From positions 143,744 through 207,743 of the forward strand of contig NIVC01002065.1 of assembly GCA_002269645.1 (NCBI GenBank): DNA of 64,000 nt, written 5' to 3'. The notes beneath the pieces were generated by a model, which saw only the letters and a list, made by a program, of their open reading frames with translations, did not search any database and was not told where the DNA came from. The stretch comes from Macrostomum lignano (Eukaryota). Positions within the stretch are counted from its first letter, which is position 1. Each line of letters starts with the position of its first letter. This document shows, in pieces, positions 1-13,924 of this stretch. Position numbers and translations under genes: made by a program.

Positions 1-2137
1 ACGCCATTACCTCCAAAATTGAGAGTGCCATCCTTAGCAAACAACTCGCTTGCGGGTTGTTCGTTGACTTCGAAGGAGCATTTGACAATGTCCTCTTCCG
101 CTCCTTCAGAAACTCTCTTTCCCGCAGGAATGTTAGACACAGCATTGTTCGCTGGATTTATTTTATGATCCGCAAAAGGTTTGTGACATCCACACTTATG
201 GGCGTTACCCTCACCCGGGCGGTGATGAAAGGCGGCCCGCAAGGTGGCGTGCTAACTCCACTTCTTTGGAATCTCGTCATGGACGAACTTCTAACCGCTG
301 ACATTCCCAGCAGTATCACCAGGGCGGGCTACGCCGATGACGTTGCCGCGGTCGTCAGCGGACCCGACCCCGCCACTCTGCGCAACCTGATGCAGCAATT
401 CGCCGACAAGGCGGCCGACTGGGCTACACAGCATGGCCTAAATATCAGCGTCACTAAGACTGTCGCTGTCGTTTTCACCAAGCGCCGTAAGTGGGAGATG
501 AAAAACCTCACTGTCTATGGCAGAAACATCCCCTTCAAGAAGGAGGTCAAATACCTCGGTGTGACGCTAACGCATGACCTGCGCTGGACGAAGCACCTTG
601 ATAACGTCATCGGTCGGGCAAAACGCTGCTTTGCCCAGCTGCGCAGAGCCATCGGGCCGACTTGGGGCCTCTCGCCTAGAACGGTCCGTTGGATTTATAC
701 CGGCATCATCCGGCCCAGTATCACATACGCGAGTCTCATCTGGACTAGCGTGCTGGAGCAAAAGGCCGCCCGTCAGCGGCTGTACCAGCTTCAGGGCAGC
801 ATTTGCCGTACCATCACAGGTGCGTACCCGTCTACCCCTTACGAGGGGCTGAACACTATCCTTAACCTGCCTCCGCTTCACCTATTTATTAGGGCGGAGG
901 CTATGAAGTCTGCCTCCCGGCTTATCAGAGATAAAACGTTAAATAACGCACCCTCTGGCTTTATGCCAATGAAAACATTAATCCCGCATATGGACTTTGT
1001 CCGCCGCGACCTCAACAACATCCACATGGACCTGGGCAATGTGGATAGTCGACCTCCCGCCCTCAACATCAGGAGGGGCTTCAAGACCGCCATCCCTGGC
1101 CGAGACAATCTTCCGCTGGATGTCGGTGTGAACCGGCGCAGCCAGGGCATTCACTGCTTCACCGACGGCTCGCTGTTCAACGGCCGCGCTGGAGCGGGTA
1201 TTGCCATTTTCCACGAGGGTAAGATGCTTCTCCAGGAAAGTCTGCACCTCGGTGAGAACACCTCAGTTTTCCAAGCTGAAATTTGCGCCATTGAGCAGTG
1301 TGCCCAGCAACTGCTTCAGGCGAACATTAATAACTTTGACATTAATTTCTACACTGATAGCCAAGCTGCTATTAAGGCCTTAACCACTGAGAATATCTCC
1401 GCTGCTACAGTATCTCAATGCCACCGCAGTGTGCAATCTCTCTCAGTCCTTAACAGGATTAGAATTATCTGGACACCTGGTCACAGCAACATCCTGGGCA
1501 ACGAGCTCGCGGACTCTCTCGCCAAGGAGGGCAGCAACCCAGACGGCAACCACCGTCTGATGAGGCTACCCACCCCCAGGTCGCAAGTCACCCGCCATAT
1601 CAACAGGTGGCTCCATCAGCAGCACCAGCTCCACTGGAACAGCTGCACCGAGTACAGGCAGAGCCGCTCTGCCATGCCTAACCTGAACAGGAAAGTCTCT
1701 GATTATCTGATTTCGCTTAACAGAACCGACCTCAGGGAGATGTGCATGGTCCTAACCGGCCATGGATTCTTCCAGAGACATATATCGTTGCAAACCGGTT
1801 GCCCTCCCACCTGTCCTTTTTGTGGCATAGGAGAGGAGACCGCGGAGCATCACGTCACCTTCTGCCCTTACTTCAACAAGGCGCGGCACAAATACCTCGG
1901 CCACCCCCAGCGGATGGACGAGCTGACCACCCCGGACAATATCCGTGACCTGCGCGCCTTCGTCCGGGACTCCGGCCGGATGAGGGTCGCCGATGCCTCC
2001 ACTGCGAACCTGCCGACTACTGGCGGGGACTGGGCGCACCCCCAGGGTTAATCCTTGTGCTCTTTTACCTTGGGGTTGCGATAGGGGCCTCGCGGCCTAT
2101 TCGCGGCGCCTGCGCCCCCCGTCAGTAGTAGTAGTAA
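1..2137 (+). mobile_element. LINE with RNase H, 3' portion with short 3'UTR and (AGT)n tail
   Basis: Intact ORF2, 3'UTR with GGCC-TCGC-GGCC hairpin, then AGTAGTAGTAGT at 2124-2135. Confidence 0.85.
3..2051 (+). CDS. Non-LTR retrotransposon ORF2 (RT + RNase H + C-terminal Cys/His motif), LOA/I-group-like; 5' end lies outside the window
   Basis: Frame is open from base 3. Motifs: [33 protein letters not shown]; RNase [33 protein letters not shown]; CPFC..ETAEHH..FC. Confidence 0.93.
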   Translation, partial: AITSKIESAILSKQLACGLFVDFEGAFDNVLFRSFRNSLSRRNVRHSIVRWIYFMIRKRFVTSTLMGVTLTRAVMKGGPQGGVLTPLLWNLVMDELLTADIPSSITRAGYADDVAAVVSGPDPATLRNLMQQFADKAADWATQHGLNISVTKTVAVVFTKRRKWEMKNLTVYGRNIPFKKEVKYLGVTLTHDLRWTKHLDNVIGRAKRCFAQLRRAIGPTWGLSPRTVRWIYTGIIRPSITYASLIWTSVLEQKAARQRLYQLQGSICRTITGAYPSTPYEGLNTILNLPPLHLFIRAEAMKSASRLIRDKTLNNAPSGFMPMKTLIPHMDFVRRDLNNIHMDLGNVDSRPPALNIRRGFKTAIPGRDNLPLDVGVNRRSQGIHCFTDGSLFNGRAGAGIAIFHEGKMLLQESLHLGENTSVFQAEICAIEQCAQQLLQANINNFDINFYTDSQAAIKALTTENISAATVSQCHRSVQSLSVLNRIRIIWTPGHSNILGNELADSLAKEGSNPDGNHRLMRLPTPRSQVTRHINRWLHQQHQLHWNSCTEYRQSRSAMPNLNRKVSDYLISLNRTDLREMCMVLTGHGFFQRHISLQTGCPPTCPFCGIGEETAEHHVTFCPYFNKARHKYLGHPQRMDELTTPDNIRDLRAFVRDSGRMRVADASTANLPTTGGDWAHPQG

Positions 2138-2607
2138 GTTGCCAGTGAAACAAAAACAGTGCAGCAGAATTGTCACAGGTGACAATATTTGAGTAGAACA
2201 AAGGCAAATCCGTGCGGACCAGTCTGTATGGTGGCTATATTTCTTTTAGAGTAAAAATAAATGAACTTTTAGGGCGCTGCAGCGACACTCTCTATTGTGC
2301 AGCAGTTGGCAATAAATTAACGCGAGCAAATACGGAACAGTATAGTAATGTAGCCATGCGGTACGGGCAAGCACAAAGCGATTGAGCGTTCATGAAAATA
2401 TCCAGGTGCAATAGAAATAGCCAATATTGCGTTTAGTGCAAAACCTTTTGAAACGTTTGCGCGGCTTAATTCTACGTCTTTAGCGACTGAGACCCGCTGT
2501 CAAGAACTGTTTGAATGTAGAAAAATAGCCAGCACCCCGTAATATAGCAAGTTTTAAAGGCCCATTAGTTTACAGGCTTGTACAATTGTACAACTATTTA
2601 CTGCTTT

Positions 2608-3004
2608 CAGGGACGCAACCATGGAGGGGGGAAGGGGCGAGGGGGCGGCTGCCCCCCTTTCGGCGGAGACCTGGAAGAAATGAAAGGGGCATTTTCGCCA
2701 AAATACAAGCCCGCCCCCTTCGCCCCCCTTTGGGTCTTCACCCCCGAAATCCGCCCCTTGGGTCTACACCCCCCCTGGAATCCGCCCCCCTCGGGTCTTC
2801 AACCCCCCCCCGGAATCCGCCCCCTTGGGTCTTCAGCCCCCCGGAATCCGCCCCCTTGGGTCTTCAACCCCCCGAAATCCGCCCCCTTGGGTCTTCAACC
2901 CCCCGAAATCCACCCCTTGGATCTTCAACCCCCAGGAATCCGCCCCCTTGGGTCTTCAACCCCCTGAAATCCGCCCCCCCCCCCAATTTCTGGTTGCGCC
3001 ACTG
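2608..3004. mobile_element. hAT-like MITE carrying a ~30-bp C-rich tandem repeat
   Basis: TIRs CAGGGACGCAACCA / TGGTTGCGCCACTG; 8-bp flanks ACTGCTTT (2600-2607) and ACTGCTGC (3005-3012); internal GAAATCCGCCCCCTTGGGTCTTCAACCCCCC units at ~2730-2975. Confidence 0.75.
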
Positions 3005-3482
3005 ACTGCTGCAGCTATATGCCTTGTTGAACAGCTACTCTCTACTCCAATGCATTTAAATCAGCAAACATCCTTTTTTGCGTCAACCCACTTGAAACTT
3101 ACAAAAAGCTTACAGATGTCGTTTAGATCTTTATATGCAATCAGTTCAAAGTACTCGTATGGCTATCGCAAAAGGTTAGGTAAGGCTGTGTGTTTTGAGC
3201 CCCTCCTGAACACTAACTGGTTCTTAAGAATGCTACACTATTAAACATCGATGCAGCGTTGCTATGAATGATGATAAGTAAAGATGGCTTCAGTTCATCA
3301 GTAACCCAGATCTAATGGTGTAACATACCATTAATAAACTGTTCTAAAATCAGAATGTTCAGCCCATTTTTCATGACTAAGTATCTTACTAAAAAATCGA
3401 AATACAAAAGTAACTGGTAGTTCCACCATACATCTGTGGGTCGTATAGGGTCAAGAGGGAATAGTAAAGGGCATTGGAATTG

Positions 3483-3777
3483 TCACAGGTAAGTATTCTC
3501 TCCATTTGCATTTACTTTGTTTGCTTTCAACGGCGGGACTGTCACTCGCGCAATCGGCGACCTCGATTGCCATGCGGCCGATTCTGATTGGCTACCGGCG
3601 GCAAACTGCGGTGCCCTGCTTGGCTCGCTGCCGACGTTCGCTGACGCAGACTGGTAGCTGAATACTGGGTTGCGGGTGTGCAGCATCTGGTCGTGGCTCG
3701 CCTGGGCCACGTCACGCCAAATGTCTGTCGGCAGGGGTGCCCGCTGGTGATGATGCTGCATCAGCTGCTGGGCCAGA

Positions 3778-3817
<40 letters not shown>

Positions 3818-5273
3818 TTGGCGGCATCTCCGCACTCGCCAGGCTGTAGACGCTGCCAGTGCGATTGCCTCTGAAGCCTTGCTGCTGCTGTTGCTGCTGA
3901 TGGTTGCGGGACTCACCGGGCCGATCGAATGTGCTATCTCGGACAGACGAACGGCGGACAATGCCGGACTTTCTGGTGCCCCCGCTGTCGCTGCTGTTGT
4001 TGTTGAAGCCGAACGCCTTGCTCAGACTGGCCGTCATTCGTTTCCAACTGTCGCCGAACCGTTTTGAGCGACTCTTCTGTCGGTAGCGATCGTCGTAAGC
4101 CTTCTCCATCTGCTCCTGCAGCTGTTCCTCTGTCTGTGGCCTGTCGTAGGCGAAGATCGGCTCCTCCCACTGCTCCTGATAAGGCTCGCGGACAACCGGC
4201 GGGCCGCCGCCTCGCCTGTATCGAGCGTTTGGAGGAGCTGGGGCGGGGCCCTTGAAGCGCCTAGGCTGGAGCGGACTCCGGTAGTGCCCGTTACCAACGC
4301 CAACTGAGCTCATTTCCAACTCGGAAGAGAATCGCGTCAATTGGCGCGGCGGCTGCTCCGCTGCCGGTGTGGCTGACTCATCCTCCGAATAGTCTGGCTC
4401 GAGCAGGCTGCCTTCCATGAAGTCTGTCGGTGCCTGAAGCGGATGTTGGCCAAGCAGTTGTTGACGAATCTCTGCGATGAGTTTTTTCTTCTCAGCATCG
4501 CCGATTTTGGCTCCGGAGACGGCCCCCTCTGCTGATGCGATCGCTTGCTGCTGCTGCGATGGGCTTGACGAGTGGCTCAGCAAGTCCCGGAGAATCTCCT
4601 GCTTTATTTCCTCCTTCAGTGTTTCAGTTGAGTCCGCTTTCGACAGACCTCTACGCAATGTGTCGTCTCGCTCCTCCAACTCCTCTGTAACAGTTGGTAG
4701 CTCCTGCTTGCTCGGGTCATACAATCTACCTTCGTTTGGGTCGACGTCAACTACCCTGTTCTTCTCCTTCTTTTCTGCCAGCGCGAATACATATTCTCGC
4801 ATGCGGGACACCCTGCTGTCTTCCATCGGCTCAGCAGCTGCATCTTTCTCGCTGTTTAATCCGCCATCTACCGCAGACGGCGGCGCTGGTGCCGGTGGCT
4901 TTTGCGTGCGGGCAGGCCGTCGCGCCTGACCGTTGGCCTGCAGCGATTCCGCTACAGCCTGTCGCTGCAGGCCTCCGTTGAGGTTGTTCACTTGCTGCGA
5001 AAGACGCGTCAAGCCACCGCCGGTTGCTGCAGACTGGCTGTGTGTTTCGCCACCGCCGGCACTGCTACGCAAAATCGAATGATTAAACCGCAGTGCGTCC
5101 TCTGTCTGGTCGCGGAATACGACGTTACGCCGATTTTTCTCATCGTTCAGATGACCGCCGCCACCCGCCGCATTTCGTAGTATTGGACGCGGAGTGCTCG
5201 GCGCGCTGGGCCCTACGTCTGTCGAGGCCGGATCGGCTGTTCCGTCCGGAGAACCGCTCTGTTCGTTACCCAT
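3483..5273 (-). CDS. Intronless ~596-aa low-complexity/disordered protein with polyQ tracts, N-terminal MGNEQS and C-terminal ENTYL; function unknown
   Basis: Long GC-rich ORF with gene-like codon use; first ATG at 5273; no recognisable globular domain. Confidence 0.75.
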
Positions 5274-6116
5274 CCTGAGCTGCTGCACGAAAACTGCAGC
5301 CTAGTGCTGGATCCTTCGGCTGGCCCTGCTTGTACCTTTTAGTTTCTCAATTCTTTTGCCGATTTCGCCGAGTGAACCTATGCTGCTGAACGAGTGCGCG
5401 GCGCTGCGCCTATAATTTTCTCTTTCTTATACACGCCTCAAAATACTTCGGCTTTCCTCCAACGAAAGAGGCGTAGGTGGAAAGAGAGTCGGGGTTGGCC
5501 TGACCTAAAAATATATCATTACACATACCCAGTTGGCCTCCAGCTGCTTGCTTAGGCCGAAAGCAAGCGAGTATTCAGAATATTTAACTACCATCTACCC
5601 TCGGAGCTTAAACTTTGGGCAAGCCTTGGTCATATAGCTGCGCTCTGAGTCTATTGTTCTTTATCTGTGCGCAAACCTCAATTGCATTGCTCTTGCAGCA
5701 TTCTATTCATCAAAATTGTGAGACTTGAGCCCCCACCCCCCGAGCATCTGCCTGGGGAGGGTTACATTGTCTTGGCAGAAATTGTGGCATTCATGAGTAA
5801 CCCATACTTTCTTTTCTGTAAAAAGTTGCAGCCTGTCGACGAAGAAAGAGATCGAACAATATAGCACTAGCAGCACTTGTGCACTTACGAGGTATACCCC
5901 GAATGGATAGGCTTTTGAGAACAAGTGCATTTTGGTTTGATGGTTTGATTGCTTGAACTTGTCTTTTGAAAAAAGAGCTACTAAATATGTTAACACGTAT
6001 GTAAGAGCGCTACAAGTTCAAGTTGTTATACACTCGTATAATCTATTATTGCTTTAAAATGTTTCCTTCTTGACGATGTAGAAAATCTGTGGGAAACATG
6101 TATTGCTCTTGACAGT

Positions 6117-6118
<2 letters not shown>

Positions 6119-6147
<29 letters not shown>

Positions 6148-7600
6148 AGCACACCGCCGGGGAACAGAGTACTGTTCACGAAGGGCGGTGTTAGATCAGT
6201 TTTCTCAGTGCGAGCTCTCTAAAGGCGGCAACAGTGTGCGCCTGGCCGATCACCCCAGCGTCATCCAGCAGGCAATCCACGTAATGAGGCGTCCTTGATT
6301 GGCGTCCATGTCTCGGCGTTGTAGGTCAGGATGGATTCGACTACCGCCTAAAACAGCCGAACCCTCAAGCGGTTCGGCAGCGCGGCGTTCTGCAGGACGA
6401 CCCGGATAGAGCGGAAGGCCGCCCAAGCCAGGCTCCTGCGTCGCGCTAAGTCCTCCTGGACACTAGGTACAAGAGCGCCGAGGTACGTGAAGCGCGTGCA
6501 GCGAGGTAGAGTTGTTGCACGACTGTCGGCGCTCCGGCAGGTGATGTTGAAAGGCAGCTCCGCAGGTACAGTCATCATCTCGATGTTCACCACATCGATG
6601 TTCACCGCTAGCCCGTCCCGATACTGCAGCTGGCATCAGGCTCTCTAGCATGCACTGGGCTCCCCAGACGTAGAGGCGAGCAGCGAAAGAGCGACAGTCG
6701 CTTCTCAGGGTGGCGGCTGATTGTTCGTCGGCACAGCAAGAAGTCGGCCTCATCTGTTGGCAGGTCCCTTCACAGCACCCAATTGAGCACCAAGACGAAA
6801 AGGTAGGGTGCAAGTGTGTCACCTTGCAGCACTCCCGAGGTCGTGTCAAACAGGTCGGACAGATAGGTCAGGTGTCACCACAGCGTCCAGAGTCTCCGGG
6901 TAGAGAGTTATTGTTGCTGTGACCAATCCCTCTGGTATGTGGTGCGATCGCAAGACCGGCTTCTGTGATGGGGCCGGCGTTGAAATCCTCCTCCTTCGGC
7001 AGGGGCACTTCCAGGAAAGAAGCATGTCGATGTCGCTTAGCTGTCAAGAGGGCAGCGCATTGACGATTCCAGTAAAGAAGGCCTGCAGCTTACCGCGGCC
7101 AGCTTCGGCCGTGTCGCCCGTGATGTTCAGAGGCGTCCTGCACTTCCTCCTGGTCAGTGCGTTCACGGCGCTCCAAACAGTGCGGTGCCTTCTGTCGCGT
7201 CCTGCCGTTGTAACAGTCTGTATCTCAATTTTTTTAAAACGAAATAAAAATACAAGACTGCTCGTAGCTTCTGGGGAGTTCGCTTGCTGCTCCCCCTTTT
7301 ATGATTCTTTTGCGCTGTTTCCGCCTCTTGCTCGCTCTTTCACGGCGGTCGGCTGTCCTTGCCTGTAGGCCTCCGCGAGGGTAGCTTCAGCTCTCTTTCC
7401 TGCCACGCGCAGCGCCTTGAGTCTGGTTCAGTCTCCCAGACCGGCCGTTTGTGGTCCGTTTTCAGTGCCATCGGAATGATCCGCTGTTAGTCACGCGGGT
7501 GCGCTCGCAGAACTGCACGAGAATGTAATCCAGCTGTGCTAATCTCCGCGTGGCGTTCGGTCCAGTGTCATTCCACCGTCGCCGCTAGCTTGCAGCCGGT
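6119..7600 (-). mobile_element. Degraded, internally deleted RTE/RTEX-like LINE with (TTG)n tail
   Basis: Minus-strand remnants: AQLDYILV..TDHK (APE end), FDTTSGVLQGDTLAPYLFVLVL (RT), FTYLGALV..LAWAAFRSI; (CAA)n at 6119-6146 is the 3' tail. Confidence 0.8.
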
Positions 7601-8289
7601 GAAATTTGCCAACCAGTGGGCCAAGGACGACTAAAGTAACGTATATATAGGACGCAAGACTCAACTTTCGTGGAAAATTCGTTGGTGGCCGATTTTCGTA
7701 ATGGTTTGCATAGCCGAAATAGAAGTAGTTTACAGCGTTATAATCGTTGCGAGATATTATCGACTGGTGTAGAACAGGTGCAGAATTTTATTCTTTTTGT
7801 AATGCATCCTTATTTGATTTTATTATATATAGCTAGATATGGAGTTGTATCTTTCCTTTTATAATGTCTTACTATGTGCTAGGGCCTAGGCCTACATCTG
7901 TAGATCTAATCTGAAAATTTTCAGCATCTTAGATACATGAGATTTCTTACTTTACTAGAACAGCATATTTAACTTTATTTCATTTATTTAATGAGATAAA
8001 TCAGCTACTGCTCTTCTGTGCCACAATCCACATGACTGAGTGACATACTCGTAATTATACCATAGCCATATAGGCCTCTAGTTAATAGATCCCTCCTCAT
8101 TATGTGATTATATATAATATATTGCCCTCAGGAAGATTAATTAAAACAACATTTAAGATAGTATATATACGCTCTTATATCTACTTAAGTAGTCCTTGAC
8201 CTTGGCGGAGCCTTAGACTCGATCTCAGAGTCGAAACCACAGTGGTCATGTTTACCATGTTTAACTTCTATGGAGAAGCCAGCCCGTTT

Positions 8290-8580
8290 GTCTGGGCCGC
8301 ATTCTGGACCACAGGCAGTTAAACTGGACTTTGACGTCTAAACTAAAGCCAAAAAAGCCATGGCTGTCTTGACTCCTGGCTCAGATCAGGCGCACCGTAG
8401 GCACCACCTGGGGGCCTTCCCTAGGAAGCTGTGGTGGATTTACACTGCCATTATCCTCGATCAGTTACGCCAGCCTCGTGTGGGCTAGCGGCCTGAACGT
8501 CAAGGGTTACCTCGACGCTCTATATAGAAGAATCCAGGGCAGAGCTTGCCGTATGACTATGAGCGCTCCACACTTAACTC
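8290..8580 (+). pseudogene. Frameshifted fragment of a LOA-like LINE related to the element at 1-2137
   Basis: Pieces translate as AQIRRTVGTTWG.SPRKLWWIYTAII..SYASLVW, matching [37 protein letters not shown] of ORF 57..2051. Confidence 0.7.
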
Positions 8581-11500
8581 CTTTTAACTCCCTTTAACTC
8601 CCTACCATGAATATCTTCTTCAATGCTCCTCTTCTGGATATTAATATCAATTAATAAAATTGTGGGCTTTTAAGAAGTGTTCGCCTATCTGTGAATATCG
8701 TAAATCGCTTGCAACATTCTCAGAGCCACCCAGCCACCCTTCTCCCGAGCCAGAGAGAGGTACAATGTCATCATTCAGCGTCGACTTGAGGCCAGTGGCA
8801 GTTAAAGCGATTCTGAAGTACAGTGTTACACTGACAGCTCAATGAGGCATGGTCTCTCAGGCTTCACGGAGCAATGCGTCCTCATCAAGGGAGAGCTACT
8901 CCCAGCACACTGGACTTAACTCCAGTGTTTTTAGAGCGAGCTGTTTGCCATCAGCTCCTGTGCGGCAGAGCTGCACCGAAGGTAGCTCAGCGGTCGGGAT
9001 TTTTTTTCACTCCGACAGCCAAGCAGTCCTACGGGCCCTTGAAATAAATTTGAGAAAACTTTGAAAGAACCTAATTAAGTTCCGTACCGGTATAGGCAAA
9101 GTAAGGGTAAGCATAGGGTAAGGGCATTGAGTATTTTCTATGTACACTGTATAGTCGTTGATGGAATATATCTATAAATTTACAATACACATAGTAATTG
9201 AATTAAACTGTACTTTGGCCAGATCTGTAGATAGTGATACACTGTACACCAACATGTAAGCTGCAGTGTGCAATACTGTATGCTAAAAAGTACTTGCTTT
9301 TGCCTGATTAAAAAAACATTATTGTATATTGGCAATTGGCAAAATTAGTTATCAAAATAATTTTCTTCGTTCTTAGAATAGCATAAAGAATATAAGACAC
9401 CTGTATATATAATTGCTGTTTTTGCTACTGACCTTCCAGCTGTATGTACTATACTAGTGCCGTTTGTTCTACCTTCTGAAATTGATCCTATAACTGTCAC
9501 CAAATGTTGTCACAGGTCTCTTTGTCCTTGTCCTGAGAAATCCTCTTCGCTATCACCAAATTTATCGGGTTTCTTCTTCTAATACTTAATTCATGTACTT
9601 CAGTAGTATTTCACATATAGCCGCTAGCGTATTACAGCACTGATTTAGGCACGTCCTAGGCTCCCCACTAATTTTGTGCACCCTCCTTTCCCTGTGATTT
9701 CTGCGCCCCGTGATGACTCATGCTTATCGTCCACACCCTCCTCCGCTCACCAACCCCACCTCCTTTTTTCGAAATCATTCATTCGTGTGACAGTTTTATA
9801 ACCCCCAAACTCTCGAAGCTTTTTCTTGCCTGTTGCGTAATCCCCCATCATAAATCATTCTTCTCCGCTGCACCTTCACCCCAATGTCTCGTCCAATAAC
9901 AGCGCGGCTGACGGGTCACTTCATCAGGTTGCTTGGTAACGGGAGGTCAAGGGCAAGTCACGGCCTTCAATATCACGCATTACGCTTACGTGATCACATG
10001 ACGCATGATCTCAGGGCTATCAATAAGAGCTCGTTTCGAGTTCTTAGCGCCAACTTTCTGAACTTCCTGACCGTAGTCAACTGCCCTTCCTTTCCACGTT
10101 TAGCTATTACCATTCCGCTTTTCCTTCCCTTTCGACAAGGACCTTTAACAATCGTTTAAAGGACCTTTCGGAGCTTTAACAATCGTTCGGAGCCCCTTCA
10201 CCCTGACCTGAGCGGGCAAACCGGTACCCCTCCCGAACCCCGAACCCGGTACCAAAGCCCGACCCCAAACAGCCCACATTAACCAAATAATCATAGCAGT
10301 AATAAAACTCCTAAATAAATCCCCGTAGGATATGTGAATGCACCACGAGAAGAGTTTCGAAAAAGTCTATAACAAATTTTATGCTTAGAATGGTTTTTAA
10401 AAACGCTGCATTAAAACAATATTGGCGAAAGTTTAAAATGCAGTAATTTCTAAGAAAGAATGAAGCTATTTATAAAAACGTATATTTAAGCGCGTAGAAT
10501 TATACACTGTCGTAAAATTACATACAATATGAAAATACAGTAATACAGTAACAGAGAAAAACAGGGCTTTTGTAGATAATCTCTTTGACATTGATTCTAC
10601 CTTTTATTTTCGCACAGACAGAAGGCGGATGTTTAAGTTTTTAACCTATCATCACATCACATCATGAAGACTCAGCCTAAATAGCTGGCATTGACAGTAG
10701 CAGTAGGCCCTACAAGCTATATTTATACACAGGAATCAAAGTGGCTGACTCGCTTGTTAATAAGCAAACACACAATAGATAAAAAGGCAAACAGCAAGTT
10801 TGGCTAGCAAAATTCTTGCTATCAAGCCTTGGCTGCTAAACTTTGTTACTTTACTTTAGCTAGCAACTGTTAGCAGATCTCCTGCTTGCAAATCTTGTAC
10901 TTCCACTGGTTAACTAGATAATATATCTGCATTACGTGTATTTTAATATTACCTGAGCTTGAACCAAGGCTAAATAATATAGCATTCATTTATGTACAAC
11001 TTCAGTACTATAGGCCCTACCATTTTATATCCAACTTTGAGTCTTGTTCAAAAGAAACAAGCAGAACTTCAATTCAAACAATTAAAGCAATCTTAGCACT
11101 TATAGAAATTCAATTCAAATAAAGTACTTTTACAGGGTTTTTGTGCCAAATTTGTGCCCTTGCCATATTTTTTCTAAATCCAAATGGTATAAATTACTTT
11201 AATTAAGGCAATTGGTCCCACTTTGGCATATTTATTTTCAATTTGGCAATCCTCATTTTGAGTTTTCAGTTCTAGACATTAAAAAACATTGTTTTATTTT
11301 ATACAAACTAGGATTTTAAACCTGCAGCAGTGCAGTCCAATACCTAGAACTATTTTTGCATATATTCTATAATCTAAAGCCATATTTAAGAAACCTATTA
11401 ATAATAGGCCTAATAGTTAAAAAAGAATTAAAGAAAAATTGGAGTAAACTTGCGTTAAATTAAAATTTGAGGCCAGTATTGATCTTATTTATTAGGGTTA

Positions 11501-11641
11501 TAACAGATTGATAGGTAGCTAATATCTGTTTAAAATATGCATTGGCAAACTCTAGGGTCTTTGATCTCTACCTCTATCTCTGTCCCTTAGGTCCTTTGAA
11601 ATTTCTCTGTTCTTTTCTCTCTTCTCTTTTTCTTATTTTTC

Positions 11642-12472
11642 CACGAGTATAACTTTGGCCATCAACTTTTCCGTCAACTTTTCCAATAACTTCTATTAAC
11701 TATTCAGTCAACTATTCTGTCAACTTTTCGTGTTAGTAGGATAAATAACTTTATCTGTCAACTATTCTGTCAACTTTTCCGTTAACTTTTCCATTAAGTA
11801 TTCCATTAACTTTTCCGTCAAGTATTCCAATAAATTTTTCCATTAACTCTTCCGTTAACATTTCCGTTTACTATTCCGTTAACTTTTCCGCCAAAATCTC
11901 ATCACTTTTCCATTAACTATTTCATCAACATTTATGCAATTGCAAGTCTGTAAAATATATTCTATCAAATTTTTTGTGTACTCTGAATAGAAAGTGTTAA
12001 TTTTTTGTATAAGTGCAGTTTCCTTAGCAATTTTTTATACATACTTTAAATTTGTTGAGTATACACATGTACATGTATAAATTATAAATAAAAAACACAC
12101 GCAAAAATTTCCAGCGCAACATGTTCCAGAATTTAATCGGTATTGCTACACTACCTGCACTACAACATCTGCACTTGTTCATTGATTTATCTTTGTGAAA
12201 TAAAGTGCTAGTACTAGGGAAAATGGAAAAGATGCATGTTGCTACTAACTCAGGCATGTTTTTTCATTGATATACATAAGCATGCAAACAATAAATGATC
12301 AAAGAGCTACTTGCATGATGATCCTATTTGAGAAAGTCACATATGTTTTTTCAGAGCAATAAATTGTTGATGGAAAATTTGATGGAAAAGTTGACGGAAA
12401 AGTTGACGGAAAAGTTAACGGAAAAGTTGACGGAAAAGTTAACAGAAAAGTTGACGGCCAAAGTTATACTTG
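11642..12472. mobile_element. Foldback/MITE with inverted arrays of a 12-bp repeat
   Basis: GAGTATAACTTTGGCC+(TCAACTTTTCCG)n at left is mirrored by (GGAAAAGTTGAC)n+GGCCAAAGTTATACT at right; TATTTTTC flanks both ends (11634-11641, 12473-12480). Confidence 0.7.
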
Positions 12473-13924
12473 TATTTTTCCTCTTCTCCTTTCTTCCCTT
12501 TTATCTTATTTTTTCTTTCTTATCCTTCCTCTCTTCTTTCTACTCTGTTCTCTCTACTCTTTCCCCTTTTTTCTTTCTTTTCTCTACTTTCTCATCTTTC
12601 CTTTCCACTATTCTCTCTTTCCTTTACCGTCTTCCTTTAATTCTGTCTTATGTTATTTCTCATCTCATGTTTTATCAACTTTTTTCTCTATCCCCTTTAG
12701 TTTTCTCTTATCGGCTAGATATAGCCATAAGCTATATTCTCTATTGGGTAAAAATGCAAGTCTTAAGTCTATGTTCCAGAAAGTAGCAAGATGATATTTA
12801 TACCCATGCTGTTTAGTGCATATCCTATGGTATCAACTCAAGTGCTTAGAAAGCCAGTTTGTATAACAGAATACTTTTAATTAGATAGTGGTTAGTATCT
12901 CTCACTAAACTATCATGGCTAAAAGCCTCTTTACAAGTACAAAGAAGGCTATAAATAAGTTTTATTCCAAAACACTATATTTGCTATATATACTCAGCCC
13001 TATTGCCTGACTCTTTCCTCTAGAAGACTGAGTAAAACAGTACAAATACCAAAAACAGACAAACTTCATATGCTTACAGTTTCCTTCCTAATTGAGTTAC
13101 AGAGTTTGAGACTCTACATTTAGACATAGAATAAATAAATGAAAAATTGTGTCAATTTTAAAGTCAATTGCTTCATATAAAGCAAACTTATAGCAGCCAA
13201 AAGTTAGTCAATTGTAAACCCCTTTTAAACATCTTGCCAGATAAGGAAAAGAGAGATGCAAAGAGGTTGGGGTGGTTGCATTGTTAAAAAAAACTAACTT
13301 TAAAGTGCATAGTGCCATTTGGGATTAACTTTAAGACTTGAAATTATATACAATTGTGTCAAAATAGTTGAAGATTGTTTATGTCAAATTTGAAGACAAT
13401 TGGTAAACTTGGAGCAACACTTTAAAGAATTTAGTTTTTTGTACTTTTTAATAATTTTTGCACTTTTAGGTAGGATTTAGTATATTAGAAGATTTAGTGT
13501 ATGAAAGACTTAAATTTAGGAAATTTTAAGGTCATACTAAATTTCTGTTATCTTGCCTAGGACTTTCCTATACAGCCTAAGACATAGTAAGTTTAGGGCA
13601 GATACAAAATTTGCTATAATTTGGTAAAGCAGTTTGGGAGTTCATAGCAAACAAAATTATACATAGATGGATTTTTCATTTTTTTAGGTATAAATTTAAA
13701 TTTTTATTTTTTCCTATAAATTTTTGTTGTTTGTTCAAAAGCACATACAAAGCACAATTCACAAAAGCAAAATTTGATGTTTTAAATTTTAAATACATTT
13801 AAGTCAAGTAAACAATTAAAAAAATATGTCATAGGCATATCAAGTTTCAAAATGGTACAAGTTTTGTTAGGGTGAGGTGCCAAATGGCACATATTTATCA
13901 AATTATTAATCAAGTTATCAAGTT

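Noticed and set aside
329-2039. Short antisense and alternate-frame ORFs overlapping the LINE ORF2 (also those over the 601-aa gene, gag and env-pol)
   Set aside because: Shadow ORFs expected in GC-rich or codon-biased coding DNA.
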